DNA of 64,000 bases from Octopus sinensis. Lineage: Eukaryota. Both the position numbers and the translations under genes were made by a program. The stretch spans positions 130,448,001 through 130,512,000 of the forward strand of contig NC_043000.1 of assembly GCF_006345805.1 (NCBI RefSeq), written 5' to 3'. Under the pieces are notes generated by a model. It saw only the letters and a list, made by a program, of their open reading frames with translations. It searched no databases and was not told where the DNA came from. Shown piece by piece: positions 14,440-28,600 of the stretch (positions within the stretch are counted from its first letter, which is position 1; each line of letters begins with the position of its first letter).

Positions 14440-16496
14440 GCAAGGAAAAATTGTAAAAATGCAGAATGCTAAATTGAAAGAAAATTTTAATGCAAATGGG
14501 TGTATGGAAAAAGTTTTTGAAAAATTGATAAAAAATATAAATATACATTAATTCAAACCGGTTTTCGTCATAATGTGACTTTTCAAGAATTGTAAAGGGA
14601 AAAAAGAAAATTATATTGTTTTTTGCCAAAAAATAATAATAAATATGTACAGAAATTAAAAAATAAGTACTCCGATACATTGTGAAGTCTTTGTGTATCT
14701 GGAGTTTAATGATTGTTCACGAAAAAATTACCTTGAAGTATTAGGATCCAATGGGATTAAAGCCATGTGTTGTTTAGTTTAATTAAGGGTGTTGGCAAAG
14801 CAGGAAGTAGTAGTAATTGTAGTTCTTCAGTTCCTGTGTTGTGAATAAGGGGAGACAACTCTATGGGTTTTGAGCTCTTCAATTTGTGTTTATCAATTTT
14901 TTGTGATAAAGGGTGTTAATAAACCTTAAATTATAAAATTATCATTTTAGCTTCATTTGCATTATCTTTTTTATATAATTGTTTGTTAACTTAACATTCA
15001 GATTTTAACACTTTATTTATATTATTTTCTAATTATGTAAGTTTGCATAAACCAATTTATAATTACATTTCAGATTGTTATGTCATATATAATAAAAATG
15101 ATAGTAATAATAACAACAATAATAATAATGATATTTAAAGAATATAAGTTTTAGCTTGAAGTGATGAATGCATGGTATCCTTATATATTTGTGTTAGTCC
15201 ATCCATGAAGAATGAGTTAGAAAAAGGAAGTATGATCAACGAAGAGTTTGCATATTAAGTTGCGTTTTGAATTTTTCAATAAAGAGATTCTCCTTGTTAA
15301 TTCTCTCCTGTGTGGTGATCCCGTCTTTACATTGGTAGAAGGGGAATATGTAGAATTTGGGATTTATGTCTTTAGCGCATGAGTCTATGTGGTCATTCAG
15401 TGGAATTTGTCGGTATTCCGGGAGATTTATTTGTTCTTTATGCACCGCTACTCGTTTACGTAACGGGAGACTCGTTTGCCCAACATAATTATGTTGGCAA
15501 CCAGAGCATGTGAGAACGTAGATAAGGTTTTCGGAGGAACAGGAGAAGTTAGTCTTGATTTTAAACTTCGTTCCTTGTTTGAAGATAAATTCAGAGCCTT
15601 CAGGTAGGAAGGGGCAGGTGCCACAGTTTGGGCGTGCACATTTTTTGACTGCTGGGGGTGGATGTGGTGTGTGAAGTTTGGCATTTGTCAAGAGTTTTTT
15701 TAAAGATTTGTGTTGCCTTTTACATTTGAGGATTTTGTGTTTATTTATAATGTTTTTCATTTTTGGGTCTGTTGACAGTAGACTGAGGTTTTGTATGATT
15801 GTGGTGTATGCTTCGATATTTTTGGGGTTGTGGGTGGAAAAGTATGGAAGTATTTTGGGGTTGTGTGTGGTGTTAGGTTGGGTGGTTTTCTGTGTAATGT
15901 TGTCTAGTTCTTTGGCGCGTTTTATTCCATACTCTATAAGGGTGGAGGGATATTGGCGTTGTAATAGCGTTTTTTATTTGAGGTCTTGAAGGCGTATTTC
16001 TCGTGTTTTTGGATCCGAGACAATGGTGCATACCCTTTTAGCTAAGTTGAAAGGGATATTTGTCTTGGTGTGTATTGGGTGGCATGAACTAAAGAGGAGG
16101 TATTGTTGTGAGTCTGTAGGTTTGTGGTAGATGTCTGTTATGATTTGGTTCTTAGGTGTTTTTATAATTAGGAGATCAAGGAAAGGGAGATGATGTTTGC
16201 TTAATTCCATAGTGAATTGGATGTTGGGATGTATGTTGTTCAGTATGGTTTTGAATTCCAGAAGTTTTTCATAAGGTTCTTTCCATATGATGAAACAATC
16301 ATCCAAATACCTTTTCCAGTTTTCCATTAGGTAGGTGTGGAAAACATGTCCAAATTTCTGGCGTGATATTTCATAGAGTGATAGTTCGAAGAAACCCATT
16401 ATGAGGTTCGAAAGGACTGATGCAGCCTTGGTACCCATCGCAATACCACATTTTCCTTCAATTTAGCATTCTGCATTTTTACAATTTTTCCTTGCT
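14439..16496 (-). mobile_element. 5'-truncated Penelope-like retroelement (Neptune-like): RT C-terminal half, GIY-YIG endonuclease and 3' UTR/pLTR
   Basis: RT motifs GIAMGTK, WKRYLDDCFIIW, LNNIHPNIQFT, LPFLD, DIYHKPTD (16438-15974). The 15760-15236 ORF has CARPNCGTC...NLIYVLTCSGCQHNYVGQT...RKRVAVH (GIY-YIG with Cys/His linker). The frame is broken between the two ORFs. (TA)n lies on both sides. Confidence 0.9.
14551..14590 (-). ncRNA. Minimal hammerhead ribozyme (PLE type) with U3-A8 core variant
   Basis: Sense RNA AUUC-UUGAAAA-GUCA(CAUUA)UGAC-GAA-AACCGGUU-U-GAAU: stem I AUUC/GAAU, stem II GUCA/UGAC, palindromic stem III AACCGGUU, cleavage triplet UUU. Confidence 0.7.
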
Positions 16497-16538
16497 TATC
16501 ATTTCTCCACGTGCGGTTAACACAACCCTACCATTTAT

Positions 16539-16601
<63 letters not shown>

Positions 16602-17098
16602 AACTTATAAAGAAGGGCAAAAGAAAAAATATTTCCATGCCAATATGCTGATAACAGACTTTAACTCGTAAATTTCCACATATTATACACGTCGTGCTGA
16701 AATCGGGGAAGCTAGCCAACAGAGTTTTTAAAAACAAGTTCGTTATTTCTATATTGAATCAATTTCGGAATTAATTCTATGGACTTTTTCCACTTCAGTA
16801 GAAAATACGATAAGAAAAAATTGAAATACGTACACGCACCCATGGATACAAACAGAAGCAAAAGTCAGGATGTGTACACAAAAGTACCCGTTATATATAA
16901 ATATAAATCATTTTGCTAGCTTCAGCACGCGTGTGAACTATTCCAGACCACAGCTTATAGTGGTTACCAGTCCTTAAGTGAATGGTAATAAATCTATTAT
17001 CAATATAGGATGAAATTTTCTTCAGAAAAAAAATTAATCAAAATGTGGCAGCTTATTAAAATACCTTTAAAGGTTAAAATTATAAACAACTTATATAC

Positions 17099-17995
17099 AC
17101 GACGGGCGTCTTTCAGTTTCCGTCTACCAAATTCACCATAAGTCTTTGGCCGGCCCGCGACTATATTAGAAGACATTTGCCCAAGCTTCCACGCAGTGGG
17201 ACTGAACACGGAACCGTATTGTTCGGAAGCAAGCTTCTTACGCCTGAGCCTATGTATATATATTAAAGATATTTGTTATATATATAAGCTTTCATAGTTT
17301 ATGTCTACCAAATTCACTTACAAACCACTGGTTGGCCCAGGATTATGTCAGATAACATTTGCTCAAGGTATCGCGTTGCTGAACTGAATATGAAACAAAC
17401 CTAATCGCAAAACGATCAAAAACCTGAACCTGGCTACATTCTTTTATTCTTGTATTTCTCGGAAATGTATTTGTAAGTTAACATAATTGTAATAGTTACA
17501 AGCAAGAAATGAAACTATGCATAGAATTATTCGTGTCACATAATATATTTGAGACATTATTCAATGTAGCCTTGCCATTTTTCAGACCACAAATATGGGT
17601 ATGAGGAAGATTTAGTGGTTATTTCCTGTGCATATATGTATATATGCATATAAGCGCAGTGTCATTTGGTGGGAATTATTACTTTAGACAACTAAATTTT
17701 AAGCATAGAACAAACGATTCATATAGATAAAATCAGATAATTTTCTATTTATTTCTTACAACCAATGCATGAATACAGTAAATTTTCCTCTGGTGATTCA
17801 ATATTTATAGCAATTGTCTTCTAAACATACTAAAATATTCGTAAGTTTGTGTTTAAAACAAATCTATATTTCAGGATGCAACTTTTCAGTTTTAAGATTA
17901 TCATTATTTATCCTGCTCTAGAATTATCTATTTCACCATAATTATATATTTTATAATGCGAGACACGTGTGAAAAAACAACGCTATATTTCAAAA
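17099..17995 (-). repeat. Right arm of ~900-bp inverted duplication (partner 13490-14385)
   Basis: Colinear reverse complement of 13490-14385, including the same SINE fragments. Confidence 0.9.
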
Positions 17996-20630
17996 AAGAG
18001 ATATATCTTTTCTATTTGGTTTCGCTTCCAAATTAGTTGTATCATTTATGCTACTGCATAAATTCTTTTTCCTTTTTGATATTTACTTTATGGATTCCAC
18101 GACAGATTGTGTTTCCCTCTCATCTCCATATTACACTTTATTGATGTCTGCTTACTACTTCCTCGTCTGTGGTCACCATTTAGATTCTGAATTCTGTTTT
18201 AGTTTTTTTGTTTTTCTTTTTGTTTTATATTATCTTTCAAACTATGTATTCGACTATACTTTTATTCAGGTTATGAAAGGGGCATTTGGTATTAAATAAT
18301 ACAGCAAACAAGCCGCAGCATTCCCATTTACATTGGCCACCATGCCAATTTCCATACTGAATCGATTCTGATTAGCGAGAAGAAAGGATTACTCTTCCAG
18401 CTACTACTTATTCAGTAACCAACAAGAAAAATTAAACTCAGTTACATCAATATCAACAACAACAACAGCAGCAACGACAACAGCAACAGATTTTCGTTGG
18501 GCGCCTACTGTTATTCTATCAGCTGCATTGTTTTTGGTTCGTATTTACATTTGTTCTGATAATATGAATCGTTGTTCTTTCTCTACCTTATTCAATGCAA
18601 TACAACTTTTTATACTATTTCTTTTAATATTTAATTTTCATTTATTTCAAAAAAACAGTTGTATTTTATTGGATTTCGCATAACTTTCTGACTACAAAAG
18701 AATAGAAAACATTTCTGTAAATATCAACAAAGTACAAAAAAATAGCAACAATTCATTCTTCATCTTGAAATAAACTTGAATTAAAAGTACAAATTACATT
18801 AAACTTCATTCAGTGATTACCCTCAATATTGAATGTAATTTTGCTGTTGAGCGTGTAGGAATGATGGTGAAAGTAGAGTAAAGAGCGAATAGAAGATGGA
18901 TCAATAGTTTGGAGTGTTGTTTAGTCTACTCTTCCTCAGTGGAGAATTTAGTCCAATGAAAATAAAATCCGTAAAGCAAATGCAAATAATAAATAATAAA
19001 TCTATAAAAACATATTATGGTTGTATTGTAATTATCATCATCATCTCATGTCCGCCTGTTTTGTATTCTTCCTTTTTATATTATTCTCCTCGTCTTTTCA
19101 TTTTTCTGTTATTCATACAATACGCTACCAAACAAAGAAAGTTCACCCTCCAATTGAACAGGAAGTTCTCTCACATTTACATCCGGTGCAACTCATAAAA
19201 GAGCAAACAATCCAACGAACGAGCGATCAAACGTGCATACCACGCGGGCGCTCATGAAAGAAGTTTACAAACAAACCAACGAAAATTATATAGTGGCACG
19301 TAAAATAATAAAGCAACCATAAAACGAAGTCCTTTTTATGATATTTGTCTGCTACACATTGTTATGCACAAAAATTCCAGTTTTCTTTTAAACCAAGATT
19401 CCATATCTGTAGCTATTAATCGCAACCAAATAAGCTATAATATGCTGGAGCTATTTTTGACGAATTATGAAACCACATTGTAAACTATGTTTACAGGTAC
19501 GTAATATTCCCAGCAGCCGAGGAGATAAATCTTTCTCTGTTAAACATGCGAATTACGAGTTGAGCTATCACAGTTATTGCACTTAATTCATATTTCGCGT
19601 GACCTAACTGGCTGATAAGATAGAAGTAACTGTATTTTGATCTGCCAGTGAGGTTTAACCAATTCCTTCAAGTACCCCGAATGTTTGTCTCGGCAGGATC
19701 ACATGGCAGAATTGTTAAAAATGAAATTTAATGATAAAAATATTTAAAAACTCCACCACATGTTGAATAACTCAAATGACCAACAAAACGTTTTTTAAGG
19801 ATAAAAAGACTTAACTAAGGCACTGGATGTTTTAGGCATAAAATTAGGAATTTTTGAATATGCTGAGACTATAATTGTTATAATCATTAAATCACAAAAG
19901 AAAAATTAACTAGAATTAACAGGGCGCTATTAAATTTTAGCACTATGTAATCATTTAATTATACCTAAAATTCGATCGTCTAACGTAATGGTAACTACAA
20001 AATGACAGTGTGTACATGTGCATGGATGTACTAGAAATAGTAACCCAATCTTCCTCAGATCACGAATGTCCCCCAATCCCCGGGGAGTATCATCCAAATG
20101 CACCTTAATCATATCGTGTCGTCTTGAGATGAAATAAAAAAAAGCATAGCGGATAATGACATCCATATATCCTATACCTAGAGACAAAAACAAAGTGCAA
20201 GAAAAAACGAAATGATCAAGGCTGTTCTAATTCTCTGCGTATTACCCGGGGTTAAATAAAAGTCAACATGGTAACTTTAACATGGTTCTTCATCACGTCT
20301 CGTTTTTCTTATACCTCGATGTAGAGATAATTCTACTGACTACTTCAGACAACACATGATTTCGTTGCAATCTCTTCACAGTAAACAAGCTTATTACACT
20401 TTAAATTTGATACGAGTTCCGTTTACTTCACCAGACTTCGACTCCATTTCATCATCTGCCTCTTGGATTTTAAGTTTTCTGCACAAATCTTTCCAGCGCA
20501 AGTTGAACTGACAAATACTGTGAAAACTAATATACATCTAAGTTTGATTGTACATAATACATACACGAAGATAGACTGACAGCCAGATAGGCACGCAGAC
20601 AGACATGCAGACACATAGGTAGATAGATAA

Positions 20631-20699
<69 letters not shown>

Positions 20700-21007
20700 C
20701 AGACAGACATACGCTCTGTCTCCAAACGAAACTCACAGGGAACCATTCATTTAACTCCAAATCTGCAAACTTTTGAAATTGCCTTCCTGCCACTCGAACT
20801 GCTGCAGTCGGTTATCTAATAGCTCAAAGGCTTGAAATTATATTTATCTTACTAGTCTCAGAGGACCTAGGCAGTCCATACCGTCTTCAATCCCGCTCGA
20901 ACAAAACATAAAATTTAAAAAGAAACTATTCGATGAAAATTTACTCAACTAAATTCAATACTATTTATCTCGATTGTAAGGACTCACTCATAGATACAAA
21001 GAATATC

Positions 21008-21233
21008 TATATCTTTACTACCCACAAGGGGCTAAACACAGAGAGGAAAAACAAGGACAGACAAACATCGATTATATCGACCCCAGTGCGTAACTGGTAC
21101 TTATTTAATCGACCCTGAAAGGATGAAAGGCAAAGGCGACCTCGGCGGAATTTGAACTCAGAACGTAACGGCGGACGAATTACGGCTACGCATTTCGCCC
21201 GTCGTGCTAACGTTTCTGCCAGCTCGCCGCCTT
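21008..21233 (-). mobile_element. tRNA-derived SINE, family B, with 15-bp TSD
   Basis: Near-identical to 8771-9003. Direct repeat GATACAAAGAATATC at 20993-21007 and 21237-21251. Confidence 0.9.
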
Positions 21234-22227
21234 ATTGATACAAAGAATATCATTAAAAAAAAACTTTTGTTGGTCATTTGATATATTCAACAAAAGAAAA
21301 ATCAGTCTTCTCTCATGCTGTGAATATTTTTGACGAAAGATATGATGGAGACTACTTTTCCTGAAGGTTTAACAAATATCCATTTCATAAAACTTTCCAC
21401 AAATAGACTAAAGTGAATTAAAATCAAAGATAAAATCATGTACCTCCTGAGGTGGAAATCCATAACTGATGACTTAACGAAAGAAATTTTAATTACTCTT
21501 CCATTGTTAAATTTCAAAAAGTTATGATTGATAGCGCCCATACACATACTTACCGGTTATCTGACCCTTCCCAAATATAACAATATTGATTTCAACACTT
21601 GATGTCACTTGAAAATTCTAGCCAAAAAATAAAAATTCAAAATCTCAACTATTATTTAATAGTATTGTGTTGCTGTGACTGGAGTCCACAAAACAGTTTG
21701 GAGTAAGACACATTCCGAAGCAGTTATTTAATTTTACCAAGTATAGTTTGTATTTTATATGTTGCTAGATACCTAAACTTTACGTCATTTCCATATCTTG
21801 GGAAGAATATTTTTTGAGCGTGGGCCTAATTTTATATCGAGACCAAATACATATGAATACGTGCGCTCTATTGATTTTCAAGTCAGTTAATTGTAATCAT
21901 TGGAAACAGTTAAAAAAAATTTTAAAGGCAACAGAAATTGTGTAAGGAAATAGAGAGTTAAGCATTGTGCAGTCAAGGAACGTATCTGGCTTACCTGGGC
22001 CAACGTTACGTTAGTTGTTATTTAATCAGTTCAGTCCAGATGCGACAACTGTTAGAGACAGACATTTTCTAGAATTAGGCTATTTACGCATTCATGTATA
22101 TGTGCTTGTTGTGTTAGTCGCTTATTGATATATGTCGCCACTACTTTCTATATTTGCATAAATGTATGAGTAAATATGCTAAGATTATTTTCTAATGAAA
22201 TCACACGTATTTCAACATGTCTAAATA

Positions 22228-22883
<656 letters not shown>

Positions 22884-24639
22884 TCCTGAAGATGAACATA
22901 TCTGAAAAATCTGCTCTTGAAGAGAACGTGCAAGATAAACACGAACCAGGAGTTAAAGCAAACTTTACTGTGGCATGGTATTTAACAAAAGAGAAACTCA
23001 CACATAGGCTTTTAGCGCAGAAAGTACGCTTGGTTGTTTATATTTCCAGTGGGGTGATAACTCCCCACAGAATGCAGCACCGAGACCACCGGATTTTGAT
23101 TTTGATTTTGATTGATTTTCGACCACTACAGATACCAGCGACTCATCTCTCTACTAGCAATATCTAGAAACTCAGTGCCAGAACATGCATTGGTGTCACA
23201 ATTAGCCAGTTAGCTTGTTAAAAATATATATGTATAAGTGACAAAGGTGGTTTTAAAACCGAGAGTTAATATTTATTCTCTCTTACACGCGGCTGTTCGC
23301 TAGAACAAACTTTACTGCGGTATTTACCATATATGTTTTTCTCATAATCAACAACTCCATCAGTTAACAGTCTTATACTTCTGCGTAAGACCAATACGCT
23401 AGAGATCACTGTAGACCTGGTAAAGTCAAGAAGGACTCTAATATTCTTATCTAAATTCCAATAATGATGCTATGTTCCCTAATTAGATATCAGCTCCTTA
23501 TTTGTATGAAAAATTCAAAGGAGTAAGAGACATGCATACATACACACGCACATACATGTATGCATGCATGCATACATACATACATGCATATATATATACA
23601 TACACACATATATACATGCATACATATATACATGCATACATTCATACATACAATAAAAAACGAAGTCAGTTCCAGCAAGAATTAAAATATAAACTTAAAG
23701 CAACATTACTAATTACTGCAAGACATTTCATCCGGCGTTCTACTAATTATGCCATCAACAGCAATTATTGGAAAAATAATTATGATTCATTCCGACAATT
23801 CACTCTGTATCTATTAAGATGAGGCGAAAAATAGAGGACTGCATCGATGTCAGTATATTTTAGAATTATTTCTTCGCCCACGTATTGATGAAGAATAATT
23901 CGAATATTCTGAGGAGAAAATATGATACGGTAATGTATTAAATGTGATAATTAACTCTTTCTAAAGCAAAAAACAAAAAGAAGAGAAAAAAATTAGAATT
24001 CTGTATAATAATCGTGTAACATTTAATAAACAAAGAATATTGATTGCAGATATTGCATTTGTATATTGCTACTCATGTGAGTAACGTGGGGAGAATTTCA
24101 GTCCTGACAACTCAACCGAGGCCTTCTTCGAGGAAGAACGTTTGGAAATGCTGAAAAGGATGTGAGAGGAATCAGGATAATTGGGAGGAGGCGAGGTTGA
24201 GGAGGTGCGGTGAATAAACGGTAGATGAAAGTTCTATGTGACAAAGCGAAACAAGAGTAAAAGGAAAATAATTAAAATCTCTTAACGTATCACATACAAA
24301 AACAACAGCACGTACGTGTGTATACATAATTGCATATGCAAGCGGGAAGAAAAGTAAAAAGTTAAGCGGATTACGAAACAGGAAGTAGTTAATTTTAGTC
24401 GAAGGCACAACACTCGAAATGCTACTGTAGATTCAAATACACAGATACACACACATATACGCACAGAGATTTATTTCGCGAATCTATAGAAGTAATGGTA
24501 TTGCTTCCTTTCATTTTAATCCAAAGTCATGTAATCCAATTGATTTAATCAAAACTCCCTGAAAGCAGAATCTCATTTATTTGAGTTTGGCATACGCAAT
24601 ACTTGTGGCTTCTCGTGTACAATTAACATTATTATAACG

Positions 24640-25080
24640 AGTATGAGAAAAGCACGAGAAATCATGAATTTAACATTTCTACAACTACAGTGGTTTCACT
24701 ACGTCGGAACTGTATGGTCGTGTGCTACATCTATTCACTTACAGATTTCTCCTTATCAACTCCCAGCTCCTCTATCCCTCTTCTCTTCTCTCTTTCTCGC
24801 CTCAACCATATTATTCTCCAGCCTACATATCCTACCTTAAACATTACCCACAATCTTTCATTTCCAGAATATCACCCTGCACCCACGCCACTGGAATTCA
24901 CTTGCTGTCTATGTTATTCCTACAGTCGCCACAGCGATACACTTCAAGAGAACTTCAACCACGTAGAGTTCACAAACCTTCGATGGCCTACATTAGTCAT
25001 TTCTACTTCTTCTGTCAAATCAAACCATTTAGAAACTACAGTTTATAGAAAATCTCAATCCCAAACTACTTATACATAGA
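24640..25080 (+). mobile_element. Very decayed PLE reverse-transcriptase fragment
   Basis: The peptides WFHYVGTVW, SSIPLL, TYPTLNITH and SNHLETTVYRKSQSQTTY resemble the PLE RT motifs WxRYVDD, SLPFLD, HPxIKFT and L.T.VYRKPT. Confidence 0.35.
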
Positions 25081-25489
25081 TAGATGTAATTTTCAGTTAG
25101 TTTTGCTCCCTTCCTTTCACACAATCATACATGCAATTTATACTTTTATTATAAACTTTATTTTTCAGGGTTTCTTTTCAAAACCATTCAAGTTTTGGCA
25201 AATGTTGTACTAATATTCCCTATTACCGTTTCTATTTCTGTTTCTATCACCGTTCATGTGTGGAATGTACCTATATCTAATTTTTTGTTGGTTTGTTTGT
25301 GTTATTTCGTCCCTTAAATTCTGAGATACATGTTCTTTGACATTTCCTTATAAACTACTTAACAAATTTATCGATACATAATATTATATATTCAAGCGGG
25401 CTGGACGGTATAAGCGTCGGAATAAATAGCTGGCATTATTTTTTCCTCTGTGACTGATTGAAATGAATGGTTAATATATATTCTGTAAC

Positions 25490-25670
25490 CAAGCAGTGAG
25501 CTAGCAGAGTCATTCGCATTTCGGCCGCTTTTATGTTCTGAGTCCAAACTCCGGAGAGGTGGACCCTTGCCTTTCGGCGTCAAAAATATGAGTATCAGTT
25601 GAACACTAGGGGTGATATAATCGACTTAATCCCTCCCCAGAAAATTGTCGGCCTTGTGGCAAAATCTAAA
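25490..25670 (+). mobile_element. Diverged family B-like SINE
   Basis: GTGAGCTAGCAGAG...GTTCTGAGTCCAAACTCCG...GATATAATCGACTTAATCCCTCCCC matches family B segments. Confidence 0.65.
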
Positions 25671-25684
25671 AATAAAATACATTC

Positions 25685-25880
25685 TCTTTTACACTTTTAC
25701 TTGCTTCAGTCATTTGACAGTGGCAATGCTGGAGCAAATCGATCCCAGGACTTATTCTTTGTAAGCCTAGTACTTATTCCATTGGCCTCTTTTGTCGAAC
25801 CGCTATGTTACGGGGACGTAAACACACCAGCATCGGTTGTCAAGTGATGCTGGAGGGCAAATACAGACACACGCACACAC

Positions 25881-25975
<95 letters not shown>

Positions 25976-27538
25976 AGGGAATGGAAAAGGTCAGTTTTCA
26001 TCCCAATACCAAAGAAAAGAGATACCAAGGACTGCACAAACTACCGTACCATCACCCTGATCCCCCATGTAAGCAAAATTCTCCTTAAAATCATCCAGAA
26101 GCGCATGGACACAACTATTGAGAGAGAATTGCTAGAGCTGCAAGTTGGCTTCATAAAGAGAAGAGGCACCCGCGATTACATCGCCAACCTACGGTAGATT
26201 ATGGAAAAGGCAAGAGAATACCAAAAGAAGCTGTACATGTGTTTCATCGATTACTCCAAAGCCTTTGACAGCATTGATCATGACAAATTATGGAAATGTC
26301 TGGAGGAAATGGGAACACCTTGTCCAGTTTATTAGATCACTCTATCAAAACCAAGAGGCTACAGTACGGGCACCATATGGCGACACTGATTAATTTGAGA
26401 TTGGAAAAGGCACTCGGCAAGGTTGCATCCTGTCACCAGCAGCCTTCAACATGTACGCTGAAAAAGTCATGAGGAATGCAGGCTTGGGGGATAGCAGCAT
26501 TGGAGTGAGGTTTGGAGGAAGAAATATTAATAATCTTCGCTATGCAGATGATACAACCCTGCTGGCGGAGAGTGGTAAGGATCTGGAGGATCTTGTCCTG
26601 CTGGAGAGTAAGAAATTTCGCTGTACCTCAATGTTAAGAAAACGAAGATCATGTCAACAGCAGCTACAACAAACATCAGCTTCATGATCGATAGTGAAGA
26701 GATCGAAGCGGTTGATGATTTCATCTCCCTTGGCTCCAAAATAAATCGAGATGGTGACTGCACTCCAGAAATAAGACGGCGGATAGTACTAGGCAGAGAG
26801 GCAATGGTCAGCATGAGCAGGGTCTGGAAGAGTAGAGACATCAGACTCGCTACCAAATGCAGATTGGTGAATGCAATTGTCTTCACAATAGCAACATATG
26901 AATACGAGACCTGGACACTAAAGAAAGCTGACCAAAAGAGAATTAATGCATTCGAGCTTTGGTGTTGGAGAAGACTTTTACGGATTCCATGGACAGCGAG
27001 GCTCACCAATGGAGAAGTTCTTAAGCAGATCAGGCCGAAACTGTCGGTAGAAGCTAGGATCACCAAGCATAGATTGGCATATTTTGGTCATATTATGCGG
27101 AGAAAATCCCTGGAGAAGGAGATCATGCTCGGAATGGTCAGTGGCAAGAGAGGAAGAGGCCGACCAAGAATCCGCTGGCTTGATACCATCAAGAGTGATA
27201 CCGGAATGGACATAGCCAATCTGAAAGAAGCGGCCCAGGATAGAACTGACTGGAGGACACTGATTCATTGACTAACCGAGAGTAGACATCGACAGAGCGG
27301 ATAGATACATACATACATACATACATACATACATACATACATACATACATACATACATACATACATACATACATACGACGGGCTTATTTCAGTTTCCACC
27401 TACCAAATCCACTCACTAGGCTTTGGTTGGCCCGAGGCTATGGTAGAAGACACCTGCCCAAGGTGCCAAGTAGTGGGACTGTACCCAGAAACATGTGGTT
27501 GGTAAGCACGCTACTTACCACGCAGTCATTCCTACGCC
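25685..27538 (-). mobile_element. Composite family A SINE (head 27375-27538, tail 25685-25868) split by an RTE LINE insertion
   Basis: Head and tail match the two halves of the intact copy at 41786-42190 in the correct order and strand. The RTE sits in the internal microsatellite. Confidence 0.75.
25974..27301 (+). mobile_element. 5'-truncated RTE-clade LINE (RT pseudogene)
   Basis: WKRSVFIPIPKKRDTKDCTNYRTITLI, FIDYSKAFDSIDH, GTRQGCILSP, NNLRYADD (26541-26552), ELWCWRRLLRIPWTAR, RGRGRPRIRWLD. There is a TAG at 26195-26197 where W is expected, plus frameshifts. It ends in (TACA)n, and the 5' end abuts (TA)n. Confidence 0.95.
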
Positions 27539-27854
27539 TATATTCTATATTTCTACAGCATGGGGAGAAGTCTTGATGAATCCAGTATATGTTTTCTCTA
27601 ACAAACTTTTCCCGTAGTTATTCAATGGAACACTTCCGCAATGATATATGCAGGAAATTATTTGTAAGCATTAGTTGAAACTCATGCACAGCAAAGTGTG
27701 ATCACGTCTTTGTATTTTGGTGTATTTCAGTTGATAGACAACCTAATAACATATAATCGCCAATGAGAATTTGTATGTGTTCAACATTTTGTTGACGTTT
27801 TAATAACGGAATAGAGATAGTCTCAACCTGACTTATTAAAATCTACTTACTCAG

Positions 27855-27856
27855 TC

Positions 27857-27935
<79 letters not shown>

Positions 27936-27936
27936 T

Positions 27937-27976
<40 letters not shown>

Positions 27977-27990
27977 TGATAGATAGATAT

Positions 27991-28032
<42 letters not shown>

Positions 28033-28060
28033 GGGTAGATAGATATAGACATACATATTA

Positions 28061-28091
<31 letters not shown>

Positions 28092-28556
28092 GAGTGTGTG
28101 TGTATATATATACATATATATATATACCATATATATAAATATATATATATATATATAAATATATATATATACACACACACATATATATATATACATACAT
28201 ACTTGCATATATATATACATGTTTGTGTGTGTTCGCGTGTATGTGTGTGTATATGTATATGTATATGCATATGTATGTATATGTATGTATATATGTGTTT
28301 GTGTATGTGTATGTGGAACACTTTTCTGGTAATTTCTGAAGTATCCGAGAATTTTATTCTAATGAATGCTTTAGAAAACTCCAGTTAATCTCTAGGTAAA
28401 TTAATAAACTTAAAATGATGAAAAATATTGTTGAAAGATATGACAGGAAAGAAAAATATTCGTGACATATAACTGAATTAAGTGAAGTGATTCAATATTT
28501 GACTTTGTATGATCGTATTATCAATAGCGACAAACACACGCACGCACACACACACA

Positions 28557-28600
<44 letters not shown>

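Noticed and set aside
18900-19330. Host promoter or first exon
   Set aside because: A slightly CpG-richer patch and CCAAT-like motifs only; no supporting ORF or splice chain.
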